Below, piece after piece: positions 49,268-58,876 of a DNA stretch of 64,000 bases. Made by a program: the position numbers and the translations under genes. The notes under the pieces are model-generated. The model did not search any database. It saw nothing but the letters and a program-made list of their open reading frames with translations, and was not told where the DNA came from. The stretch is from Lachnospiraceae bacterium (GTDB lineage: Bacteria; Bacillota; Clostridia; Lachnospirales; Lachnospiraceae). The stretch covers positions 6,465 to 70,464 of the forward strand of contig JALEWA010000066.1 of the NCBI GenBank assembly GCA_022788085.1, given 5' to 3'. Position 1 is the first letter of the stretch. The number at the start of each line of letters is the position of its first letter.

Positions 49268-52200
49268 ATGGGAGAGAGCAGATATTTGGAATTTTCATGC
49301 CAAAGCTTGGAATTTAGCGTAAATCAGGGGGAAGTTATACAGGACAGATTTACGATATACGCAGATGATAGCCAGGCAGAAGGTAGTATTTATTCCTCAG
49401 ATACCAGAATGCAGCTTAAGGAAAACCATTTTTCCGGTAAAGAGGCAGTGATAGAATATTGCTTTGATGGAAGCTGTGTGGAGGCCGGCAGTGTAGTTAA
49501 AGGGTACTTTACGATTATTAGCAATCAGGGAGAATATACACTTAATTATAAGATTCTGGTTCAGAAGCCAATATTACAGGGCTCAATGGGAAATGTAAAG
49601 AACCTGTTCCATTTTACGAATCTTGCAAAGACGAACTGGAATGAAGCAGTAGATTTATTTTACTCACCAGAGTTCATTAATATCTTTCGCAAAAATGAGA
49701 AGAATATTATTTCCGCCTATATGGGACTTTCCAGAATACCAGGTAATTCGGCGAATGTAGAAGAGTTCTTTATTGAAATCAATAAAAAGGCGCCTGTTTC
49801 CTATCAGACAGATATAGAAGGATTTTCTATGGAGGAAGTCCTTGATACAACAGTTAAGACCATTACCATAACAAAATCCGGATGGGGATATACGAATTTA
49901 CAGGTACTTACAGAGGGAGAATTCCTGAGCACACAGGTACAGAGTCTTACCAGTGATGATTTTGTGGCAGGGGTTTGCCAGCTTGACTTTACGATAGACG
50001 CGGTAAAGCTTCATTGTGGCAAGAATACAGGAAAGATTACGATATGTGATACACGTACCGAGATTGTAATTCCTGTTACGGTCATGATGAACTTGAATAA
50101 TAAGAAGCATGAAAGGGAGAAATATGCGAAACGCCTGACTTTAGAGCTTGTAAATAATTACATCGATATGAAGTTTGGAAGAATCACGAAGGATTTGTGG
50201 GTAAAGAGAGCAGGGGAAAACATAGATGAACTCCTTGATATGGAACCCGATAACATTCTTGCAAAGCTTTATAAGGTACAGATTCTCTTGGTGCGTGAAC
50301 GTTTTCATGAAGCAAAATGGCATTTAGACCAGCTTGATGCGGATATTTTGAAAGAAGACACGAAAGAAGTGGCAAGATGTTTCTATTTTTATCTGACGAC
50401 ACTTTTTAACCGTGATGAAGATTATGTTCAGAAGGTCATTAATGAGATTGAGACAGCTCGTGTAAATAAGCCGGAAGAATGGCGTTTTGTGTGGCTTCTG
50501 TTGTATATGGAGGATGAATATACAAGAAATATAGAAAAAAAGTGGAAGCTTTTAGAAGAGCAGTATAAGCTTGGCTGTTCAAGCCCTGTATTGTTTTGTG
50601 AAGCAGTTCTGCTGTTACAGAAATACCCAAAGCTTCTTATTAAGCTGGAGCAATTTGAACAGAATATTCTCCTTTTTGCAGCAAAGAACAAAATGCTCAA
50701 GGGGGATACTATAGAGCAGCTTCAATACCTTGTTGCAAGAGAGGAAGAATATTCCTCCTTATTATTTCGAACCTTATGTGAGGTTTATCAAACGAATAAA
50801 GCTTCACAGACGGTTGCAGCAATCTGCAGAATGCTGATCCTTGGAAAAAGAAAAGGAACAGAGTATTTTGAATGGTATGCGTTGGGCGTTTCTTTTGAGG
50901 TCAGGGTGACAAAGCTATATGAGTATTATATGATGTCGATACCGCTGGATTATGCAGGAGAACTGCCTAAGATGGTATTGATGTATTTTGCATACCAGAG
51001 TAATTTGGATTATGAGCATAATGCATTTTTATATTCCTATATTGTGAGAAATAGAGAGAAACTGCCGGATTTAGAGCAAAGCTACCGGATTGCAATAGAG
51101 CGTTTTGTGGTGGATCAGATTAAGCAGGGACATATCAATGAGAATCTCGCATATTTGTATCAGCATATTCTTGCACCGCAGATGCTTCGTGATGAAACGG
51201 TTTATGCTTTTACACCATTGCTTTTTACGCATAGAATATATGTCGAAAATCCTAAGATTGTTTCCGTTGTAGTGATTCATGATAAGATAAATGGAGAAAG
51301 TATTTATCCGGTGGAAAATCATGTATGTATGCTCCCAATCTATGGAAACGAGTATACGCTTTTGCTTCAGGATGCAGAGGGAAATCGCTTTACAAGGAGT
51401 ATTCCTTATGAAAACAGTCAGCTTATGATACCGGAGAAATTATTGCCGTTTATCGGAACCTATATGGAGGGACGACTTAGTTTTGATATTTATCAGTGCC
51501 AGCAGGATAGGGGATATATCACCATTACACCGGAAAATGAGAAAAGATTCAAGTCACTATCCGAGTCAGAGCAGGTGATAGAAGAATTCAAGAAGGAGAT
51601 TAGGACTAAACTGCTTCGTTTTTATTATGATCATGATATGATAGGTGAGCTTGACAGCTTTTTGGAGGAAATAGAGCCGGATGCTATGGAAACGGAGGAA
51701 AGAGCCGAATTTATCCGTTTTATGATTTCGCGAGGAATGTTTGAAAAGGCATATCAATGGCTTAGATGCTTTGGATTGTCAGGTGTAAATATCAAATCAG
51801 TGGCAAGACTTGTCAGCAGGCGCATTGTTATAGTTCAGTTTGAACGGGAGGAATTCCTTGTCAATGTAGCTTTTTATATCTTTGAGAATTCCAGATACGA
51901 TGAAAATGTACTCACTTATCTGATGATGCATTTTGAAGGGAAAACAACACAACTTAAAAGCATCTGGAAGGCTGCCCGTGAACTTGAGATGGATACGGCA
52001 GGTATTATGCAGAAGATGCTGAAACAAATGCGTTATACCAATACCTTTATTCCGGAAAGGGATGCCTTACTTATAGAATACAGCAAGGTATCCGAACATG
52101 ATGAGGAATTAGTAGAGGAATGTTTAAGAGATACAGCATACGATTTTTTTATAATGGATTCCTTAACAGATACGGCAATTTTCAACATGCTGTACGAACG

Positions 52201-52789
52201 TTACCGCCAGACAGGCGATACGGAACTTATCTTTCGTCTTGCTTTACTTAAGTTTTGGTCAGAGGATAGAAAAAATTGTGAAAACGTAATGAGAGAAACG
52301 ATATCATTGTTTGTCGAAGAGCTTTTACAGAAAAATATGTATTTCCCGTTTTACCAAAAGCTTGCTGATCTGGTGCCACAGCTCCGTTTCTATTTAGACA
52401 AGACTTTTATCGAGTACAGGACGATACCGGGGGCATATGTGCGTATTCACTATATTTTGGATGAGGGCGTAGAAGAACAGGCAAAGGATTACGAGATTGA
52501 AGAAATGCAGGAGATGTATGGCGGTATTTTTGTCAAGACATTCAGCCTGTTTCATGGAGAGGCTTTGCAATATTACATTACAGAAATCATAGATGGCGAA
52601 GAACAGGTTACGGAAAGTAATACTCTATTGGGAGCAGATTTACAGAACTTGTCTCAGGAAGGAAGATTCTCCCGTATTAATGATATCCTTGTCAGTCTTG
52701 AAATGCAGGATAGCGTAACAGCAGAACAGATGCTTGAAGAGTATCTGCAGCAGGATTATTGTACAAGAGAGCTGTTTCGCGTTATATAG
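49268..52789 (+). CDS. DUF5717 family large protein (Ig-like N-terminus, helical repeats, beta-sandwich C-terminus)
   Basis: SNQGEYTL, NVKNLFHFTNLAKTNW, TKLYEYYMMS, GIFVKTFSLFHGE; family recognised from memory. Confidence 0.75.
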   Translation: MGESRYLEFSCQSLEFSVNQGEVIQDRFTIYADDSQAEGSIYSSDTRMQLKENHFSGKEAVIEYCFDGSCVEAGSVVKGYFTIISNQGEYTLNYKILVQKPILQGSMGNVKNLFHFTNLAKTNWNEAVDLFYSPEFINIFRKNEKNIISAYMGLSRIPGNSANVEEFFIEINKKAPVSYQTDIEGFSMEEVLDTTVKTITITKSGWGYTNLQVLTEGEFLSTQVQSLTSDDFVAGVCQLDFTIDAVKLHCGKNTGKITICDTRTEIVIPVTVMMNLNNKKHEREKYAKRLTLELVNNYIDMKFGRITKDLWVKRAGENIDELLDMEPDNILAKLYKVQILLVRERFHEAKWHLDQLDADILKEDTKEVARCFYFYLTTLFNRDEDYVQKVINEIETARVNKPEEWRFVWLLLYMEDEYTRNIEKKWKLLEEQYKLGCSSPVLFCEAVLLLQKYPKLLIKLEQFEQNILLFAAKNKMLKGDTIEQLQYLVAREEEYSSLLFRTLCEVYQTNKASQTVAAICRMLILGKRKGTEYFEWYALGVSFEVRVTKLYEYYMMSIPLDYAGELPKMVLMYFAYQSNLDYEHNAFLYSYIVRNREKLPDLEQSYRIAIERFVVDQIKQGHINENLAYLYQHILAPQMLRDETVYAFTPLLFTHRIYVENPKIVSVVVIHDKINGESIYPVENHVCMLPIYGNEYTLLLQDAEGNRFTRSIPYENSQLMIPEKLLPFIGTYMEGRLSFDIYQCQQDRGYITITPENEKRFKSLSESEQVIEEFKKEIRTKLLRFYYDHDMIGELDSFLEEIEPDAMETEERAEFIRFMISRGMFEKAYQWLRCFGLSGVNIKSVARLVSRRIVIVQFEREEFLVNVAFYIFENSRYDENVLTYLMMHFEGKTTQLKSIWKAARELEMDTAGIMQKMLKQMRYTNTFIPERDALLIEYSKVSEHDEELVEECLRDTAYDFFIMDSLTDTAIFNMLYERYRQTGDTELIFRLALLKFWSEDRKNCENVMRETISLFVEELLQKNMYFPFYQKLADLVPQLRFYLDKTFIEYRTIPGAYVRIHYILDEGVEEQAKDYEIEEMQEMYGGIFVKTFSLFHGEALQYYITEIIDGEEQVTESNTLLGADLQNLSQEGRFSRINDILVSLEMQDSVTAEQMLEEYLQQDYCTRELFRVI

Positions 52790-52802
52790 AGAATAGGTAA
52801 CT

Positions 52803-54209
52803 ATGAGGATATCGAATAGTTACGAGAATAGGAGTTTATACGGAGTGTTCTTGGAAAAAGCATTAGATGAAGTGACAAAAAAGAATAAAGTGGTTATTGG
52901 CTTTGATCTTGGAAATGATACTTCCCAAATCAGTCTTTGCAGACTGGATCAGAGCATGCCGGATACAATCAGCCTGGTGGCAGGAGCAGAGGAGTACCAT
53001 ATTCCGACAGTGTTATGCAGGAAAACACTGAAAGAAGAAATACATAATGGGAATCAGACAATCAAAGGACTATGGTCGATGGGAAAGGAAGCACTGCAGC
53101 AGGCTTCCGAAAAGCAGGGAACTTTAGTAGAGGATCTGGTTCTGTTAGCAAAGAATCGTGTGAAGGTGCAGGTAGGTGAAGAGGAGTTTGAAGCCGAAGA
53201 GCTTCTGGAAATATTCCTTAGGAAATCACTGGTGCTGATATCTTCCTATACGAGAATCGAAGATATTATCTGCATTACTTTTACGTTGAAGGATATGAAT
53301 ACGGAGCTGATGGATATGCTCAAAAGAATTGTTCAAAGGCTTGATATGCAAAGGGCAATTGTGTCCTTCATGTCACATGAGGACTGCTTTTTCCAGTATA
53401 TGTTGCATCAGCCGGAGGAAATGTGGATTCACGATGTGTTACTATATGAGTATAGGCCGGATGGAATCAGAAGCTTTTGTCTTCAGTTGAACCGTAATAC
53501 AAGACCTATTGTGGCATTTATAGAAACAGAAATGTTTCCACAGATGAAGATGACAGATGTGTCACATATGAAGGCGGAACAAAAGGCTGCATTTTTTAGA
53601 CAATTGGATGATGCGTTTCTGGAAATTGCAAGGCAGCAGTGCGAAGAAAGAAATGTGACAAGTGTATTTTTGTTAGGCGATGTCTTTTCAAAGGAATGGT
53701 GCAAGGAATCGTTACGTTTCTTATGTAAGGATCGCAGAGTTTTTCAGGGAAATAACCTGTTTAGCAAGGGGGCATGCTATGGCGCAAGAGAGAAGGCTCT
53801 GCCATCCATGCTTTCCCGTGAATATGTTTTTTTGTCAGAAGAGAAGTTAAGGGCAAATATTGGTATAGAGTGCAGCAAGGGGAAGGAGAAGGTATATCAG
53901 CCACTTCTGGATGCAGGGACAAACTGGTTCGAAGCAAGAAAAGAAATGGATTTTATTCTTGAAAGAAATAACAGGATACCTCTCACGGTAACACCTTTGG
54001 ATGGAGGAAAACCAAGAATTGCAGAGATCACACTGGATGGTTTTCAGGTAAGAGGAAACAGAACGAACAGAATTGGGTTATCTGTGTTCATGGAGGATGT
54101 AGATACGGTAACGATAGAAGTAACAGATAAAGGTTTTGGAGAATTCTTTCCATCAACCGGACAGATTTGGAAGGAAAGCTTTTCTTTGAACCAGATTTCC
54201 GGTAATTAG
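52803..54209 (+). CDS. DUF5716 family protein with an Hsp70/actin-like N-terminus
   Basis: VVIGFDLGNDTSQIS (like the Hsp70 phosphate-1 motif IGIDLG), IPTVL, GNNLFSKGACY, GFGEFFPSTG. Confidence 0.75.
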   Translation: MRISNSYENRSLYGVFLEKALDEVTKKNKVVIGFDLGNDTSQISLCRLDQSMPDTISLVAGAEEYHIPTVLCRKTLKEEIHNGNQTIKGLWSMGKEALQQASEKQGTLVEDLVLLAKNRVKVQVGEEEFEAEELLEIFLRKSLVLISSYTRIEDIICITFTLKDMNTELMDMLKRIVQRLDMQRAIVSFMSHEDCFFQYMLHQPEEMWIHDVLLYEYRPDGIRSFCLQLNRNTRPIVAFIETEMFPQMKMTDVSHMKAEQKAAFFRQLDDAFLEIARQQCEERNVTSVFLLGDVFSKEWCKESLRFLCKDRRVFQGNNLFSKGACYGAREKALPSMLSREYVFLSEEKLRANIGIECSKGKEKVYQPLLDAGTNWFEARKEMDFILERNNRIPLTVTPLDGGKPRIAEITLDGFQVRGNRTNRIGLSVFMEDVDTVTIEVTDKGFGEFFPSTGQIWKESFSLNQISGN

Positions 54210-54233
54210 TAATGAAAGAGGCAAGGTATTGTT

Positions 54234-55046
54234 GTGAATAATGTGCATTTATGCATAGGAAATTATGCAAAAAAACCATTTTATGTAAATTTATCAGATA
54301 TTTATCTGTATTCTATGGAAGAATTGTGTTATTATTTTATAGATAAGATATATTTCTTTGATTATACAATAGTTGGTCAGGAACTGGTGGACTGGATTCG
54401 AAATGAATGTGGAATGCAGGAACTGGCTGATGAACTGGATGTATATGTAAGAAAACATGTGTCTGCCGTAGCTTTTGTTACTACGATTCTGGAGAAAACA
54501 GGCATCTATGATGAAAATATTATTAAGAAGGTTGATCGAATCTTAAAGGAACAGGCAGATCTGTCTCCGTTTGAACGTCTTAAGAAAAGAGCAGAGTATT
54601 TTTACCAGGGGGGGAAGTTCAGACAGGCATTACTTATTTATACAGACTTACTGGCAAGAACACCTAAGCAGGAGATAGAGACGAGAGCGATGCTTCTTTA
54701 TAATGTTGCATCCATTTATGCCATGAACTTTGAATTTGCACTTGCCGCTGAATCTTACTATGAGTCATATCGGCTGGTGGAAACCAGGCAGACCAGGCAG
54801 GCGTATATTCTGGCAAACAGAAAAGCGATGACGGATTTTGCCTATGGCAATTTCATGAGGGAGCATGCAGGCTGGCAGGAGGACTTTCAAGAGGTGGAAG
54901 CAAGCATGCAGCAGGCAGAAACAGCATGGCATGCATCGAAACAGAAGCTTTGCCTGGAGGAATGGAAAAAGGATATATCAAGTCATCATAAAAATGGGGA
55001 ACTGATACAAAGTATCAAAGAAGATTATAGAAGACAAACCATGTAA
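54234..55046 (+). CDS. TPR-containing hypothetical protein
   Basis: LYSMEELCYY...VDWIRNECG helical domain, then TPR-like AEYFYQGGKFRQALLIY / LLYNVASIYAMNFEFALAAESY. Confidence 0.7.
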   Translation: MNNVHLCIGNYAKKPFYVNLSDIYLYSMEELCYYFIDKIYFFDYTIVGQELVDWIRNECGMQELADELDVYVRKHVSAVAFVTTILEKTGIYDENIIKKVDRILKEQADLSPFERLKKRAEYFYQGGKFRQALLIYTDLLARTPKQEIETRAMLLYNVASIYAMNFEFALAAESYYESYRLVETRQTRQAYILANRKAMTDFAYGNFMREHAGWQEDFQEVEASMQQAETAWHASKQKLCLEEWKKDISSHHKNGELIQSIKEDYRRQTM

Positions 55047-55068
55047 GGCATAAGTAAGGGGGATTCAT

Positions 55069-56259
55069 ATGGGATTACTGGGGAGCATGAAGGAGAGACT
55101 TAACAGAAAAAAGGTACAGCCTAAGGAGGTAGAATACGTTCCGACTCAGGAGGAAGTCAGCTTAAAGAGGGATGATGTTGACATTCATGACAGGAAGCAA
55201 AGAGAACGTTATGTAAGGGCTTGCCTGGAGCAAATGGCAGAGGCTTCGAAGGAGCTGGAAACCCTTGGGGGCGAATATAATCTGGTTACATCATATCTGA
55301 CAGATATGGAAGAGATAGAAGCACTTCCACCGGAAATCAAGGAACAGCTTTCTAATATGGCTAAGCAGTTGGTAGAGCTGGAGGATAATCACAAGAAGAA
55401 GAAGGAAAGAAAGAATATTATGCCTGAGGAGCAATATCAGCATATGGAACGCATAGCAGAGTATATGCCTGAAGGCTATGAGAAATTGAAGAAGACTGAG
55501 GAATACCAGGTTCTTGTAAAACGGGATCTGAACAGGCTGGAAGGAGAAAAACAGGCATATTACTTCAGAAAGAATGAGCTTCAGAATGGTCAGAAGAATA
55601 TGAAAGGAATGACAGCAATCTGTGTTGGCTCCATGGTATTTTTGATGATACTTCTGGCAATTCTTGGAGTAACCTTTAAACTGGATGTGACAATGGGATA
55701 TCTGATTGCTGTGCTGATTGCAGCAGGAGCACTTACTCTCGTTTATGTAAAGCATGGAGACAGTGAAAGGGAGCTGGCAAGAGTGAATAAGGCAATTAAT
55801 AAAATCGTATTACTGCAGAATACAGTGAAGATTCGCTATGTGAACAATACAAATTTGCTGGAATATCTCTATATTAAGTATGATGTGGACAGCGCTTCAG
55901 ATTTGAAAAAGCTTTGGGCAAAATACGAAGAGGAAACAAAGCAGAGAGAAGAGGAACGTCAGCTTCAAAAGGATATGGACTTTAATCAGGCTGCATTAGT
56001 GAGATTGTTAAGAAAATGTAAGATTCAGGATCCTAATATATGGCTCCATCAGGCAGTTGCATTGTATGATAATAAGGAAATGGTAGAAATCAGGCATGGA
56101 CTCATTATCAGAAGACAGAAGCTTAGAAAGCAAATGGAATACAATGCAAAGGCTGCACAGAATGCTCAGGACGAAGTAAAAGATTTAGTACAGAAATTCC
56201 CAGAGTATGCCAAGAAAATCATTGATATGGTATCGGAATATGAAAAGGCACTTGCTTAG
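55069..56259 (+). CDS. Coiled-coil protein with two central TM helices
   Basis: Long heptad-rich regions flanking AICVGSMVFLMILLAILGV and GYLIAVLIAAGALTLVYV. Confidence 0.75.
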   Translation: MGLLGSMKERLNRKKVQPKEVEYVPTQEEVSLKRDDVDIHDRKQRERYVRACLEQMAEASKELETLGGEYNLVTSYLTDMEEIEALPPEIKEQLSNMAKQLVELEDNHKKKKERKNIMPEEQYQHMERIAEYMPEGYEKLKKTEEYQVLVKRDLNRLEGEKQAYYFRKNELQNGQKNMKGMTAICVGSMVFLMILLAILGVTFKLDVTMGYLIAVLIAAGALTLVYVKHGDSERELARVNKAINKIVLLQNTVKIRYVNNTNLLEYLYIKYDVDSASDLKKLWAKYEEETKQREEERQLQKDMDFNQAALVRLLRKCKIQDPNIWLHQAVALYDNKEMVEIRHGLIIRRQKLRKQMEYNAKAAQNAQDEVKDLVQKFPEYAKKIIDMVSEYEKALA

Positions 56260-56339
56260 AATAAGGCATTATTGACAAAAAAGAAATAAAAAAAATATTT
56301 TTTTCTATTGTTCAGGGACTTGAAAGAGAGGCAAAGACA

Positions 56340-56369
56340 TTGACTTTCTAAAAGTCCCTGTATTATAAT
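56340..56369 (+). promoter_or_regulatory. SigA promoter of the pur operon
   Basis: TTGACT (56340-56345), 18 bp, TATAAT (56364-56369). Confidence 0.65.
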
Positions 56370-56428
56370 TTATGCAAAAGTCTGTGAATTAAGATTTTTA
56401 ATGCAGAATATAATTAGGAGGAATAAAC

Positions 56429-57301
56429 ATGCAGGAATTTACACCGATTAAAGAAGGAAAAGTACGTGAGGTATATGATAACGGAGACAGCCTTATCATT
56501 GTGGCAACTGACAGAATCTCAGCCTTTGACCACATCTTAAAGAACAAGATTACCAAGAAAGGTGCTATCCTTACTCAGATGTCAAAGTTTTGGTTTGATT
56601 TTACAAAGGATGTACTTCCAAATCATATGATTTCCGTTGATGTGAAGGATATGCCGGAATTTTTCCAGAATGAGAGATTTGATGGAAACAGCATGATGTG
56701 CAAGAAGCTGGAAATGCTTCCAATCGAGTGCATCGTTCGTGGTTACATCACAGGAAGCGGTTGGGCAAGCTATCTGGAAAACGGAACCGTGTGCGGCATC
56801 AGGCTTCCGGAAGGCTTAAAGGAATCAGAGAAGCTGCCTGAGCCTATCTACACGCCAAGTACAAAAGCTGAAATCGGTCTGCATGATGAAAATATATCTT
56901 TTGAAAGAAGTGTAGAGGTTCTTGAAGCAAGCTATCCTGGAAAAGGATTGGAATATGCGACAAAGATTAAGGATGCTACCATTGCTTTATATAAGAAGTG
57001 TGCAGAATATGCATTAAGCAAAGGAATTATCATTGCTGATACCAAGTTTGAATTTGGTCTTGATGAGAATGGAAATGTAGTACTTGGTGACGAGATGTTA
57101 ACTCCTGACAGCTCAAGATTCTGGCCGTTAGAGGGCTATGAAGCAGGAAAGGGACAGCCATCCTTCGATAAGCAGTATGTAAGAGACTGGTTAAAAGCTA
57201 ATCCGGATAATGATTATCTTCTTCCGGAGGAAGTAGTGACCAAGACAGTAGATAAGTATAAAGAAGCATTTGCATTGCTTACCGGAAAAGAATTTAAGTA
57301 A
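56429..57301 (+). CDS. purC: SAICAR synthase
   Basis: KEGKVREVY, TDRISAFD, ECIVRGYITGSG, IADTKFEFG, TPDSSRFW. Confidence 0.97.
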   Translation: MQEFTPIKEGKVREVYDNGDSLIIVATDRISAFDHILKNKITKKGAILTQMSKFWFDFTKDVLPNHMISVDVKDMPEFFQNERFDGNSMMCKKLEMLPIECIVRGYITGSGWASYLENGTVCGIRLPEGLKESEKLPEPIYTPSTKAEIGLHDENISFERSVEVLEASYPGKGLEYATKIKDATIALYKKCAEYALSKGIIIADTKFEFGLDENGNVVLGDEMLTPDSSRFWPLEGYEAGKGQPSFDKQYVRDWLKANPDNDYLLPEEVVTKTVDKYKEAFALLTGKEFK

Positions 57302-57361
57302 AGCTACCTTGACTTAAGGGTTGATGTTGAAACAATAGGATAAGGAAAGGTAGAATTGAAT

Positions 57362-58852
57362 ATGGAAAAGATAGTGAAGAAGATTTTGCCGGAAGGTGAA
57401 TCGGTTGAAAACACAAGAGTGCAGAGAGAGCAGGTTGAAGACATACTTCATGAGGAATGCGGCGTATTCGGGATGTATGATTTTAGTGGCAACGACGTGG
57501 CGTCCACTATATACTACGGATTGTTCGCTTTACAGCACAGAGGACAGGAAAGCTGCGGTATTGCAGTCAGTGATACGGCAGGCCCAAAGGGTAAGGTGCT
57601 TTCCTATAAGGGAATGGGACTTGTAAACGAAGTGTTCACTTCAGAGAATCTTGAACCGTTACATGGTGATATTGGAGTCGGTCATGTGCGGTACTCGACA
57701 GCCGGTGCATCGACACGAGAGAATGCGCAGCCGTTGGTTCTTAACTATGTGAAAGGAACCTTGGGACTTGCACATAACGGTAATCTGATCAATGCGGCAG
57801 AGCTGCGAAAGGAGTTAGAGTACACAGGCGCAATCTTTCAGACAACTATCGATTCAGAAGTTATCGCTTATCATATTGCAAGAGAACGTCTGAATTCCAA
57901 AACGGTTGAAGAAGCTGTGAATCGTGCATGCTGTAAGATTAAGGGAGCATATGCCCTAGTTGTTATGAGCCCACGTAAGCTTATTGGTGCAAGAGATCCG
58001 TTTGGATTTAAGCCACTTTGCATTGGAAAGAGAGATCAGGCTTATATTCTGGCATCGGAAACCTGTGCACTTGATACCATTGGGGCAGAGTTCGTACGTG
58101 ATGTCTTACCGGGAGAAACAGTCACGATTACTCCGGAAAATGGCATTGTGTCAGATATGTCAAGAGCACTTCCAAAGGAAAAGGAAGGAAGATGCATCTT
58201 TGAATATATTTATTTTGCAAGACCGGACAGCCATATTGATGGAGTAAGTGTCTATGCATCCAGAATCAGGGCAGGGAGATTCCTTGCAATGGATTCGCCG
58301 GTTGAGGCAGATTTAGTCATAGGTGTGCCGGAATCCGGTAATGCAGCAGCACTTGGCTATTCTCTGGAATCAGGAATACCGTATGGTACCGCTTTTGTAA
58401 AGAATGGCTATGTAGGAAGAACTTTCATCAAACCAAAACAGAGCAGCCGTGAGTCTAGCGTAAGAGTCAAGCTGAATGTTTTAAAGGAAGCCGTTGACGG
58501 AAAAAGAGTCATTATGATTGATGATTCCATTGTACGTGGAACAACCTCAGACCGTATTGTGAAGATGCTTCGTGAAGCAGGTGCAACAGAAGTGCATGTA
58601 AGAATCAGTTCACCACCATTTTTATGGCCATGCTATTTTGGAACGGATGTGCCTGCAAGGGAGCAGTTAATAGCTTATAATAGAAGTATTGAAGATATAA
58701 GAAAGATTATCGGAGCAGATTCTTTGGGATATCTTGAGATAGGAAGACTAGAGGAAATGTCCGAAGGACTTAATATCTGCAAGGGATGCTTTACCGGAGT
58801 TTATCCGTTAGAGCCGCCCAAGGAGGATATTAGAGGTGAATACGAACGTTAA
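57362..58852 (+). CDS. purF: Amidophosphoribosyltransferase
   Basis: EECGVFG, LQHRGQE, GHVRYST, CIFEYIYFARPDS, IDDSIVRGTTS. Probable ATG at 57362. Confidence 0.97.
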   Translation: MEKIVKKILPEGESVENTRVQREQVEDILHEECGVFGMYDFSGNDVASTIYYGLFALQHRGQESCGIAVSDTAGPKGKVLSYKGMGLVNEVFTSENLEPLHGDIGVGHVRYSTAGASTRENAQPLVLNYVKGTLGLAHNGNLINAAELRKELEYTGAIFQTTIDSEVIAYHIARERLNSKTVEEAVNRACCKIKGAYALVVMSPRKLIGARDPFGFKPLCIGKRDQAYILASETCALDTIGAEFVRDVLPGETVTITPENGIVSDMSRALPKEKEGRCIFEYIYFARPDSHIDGVSVYASRIRAGRFLAMDSPVEADLVIGVPESGNAAALGYSLESGIPYGTAFVKNGYVGRTFIKPKQSSRESSVRVKLNVLKEAVDGKRVIMIDDSIVRGTTSDRIVKMLREAGATEVHVRISSPPFLWPCYFGTDVPAREQLIAYNRSIEDIRKIIGADSLGYLEIGRLEEMSEGLNICKGCFTGVYPLEPPKEDIRGEYER

Positions 58853-58876
58853 AGAGTTTTAAATAAGGAGAATGAA

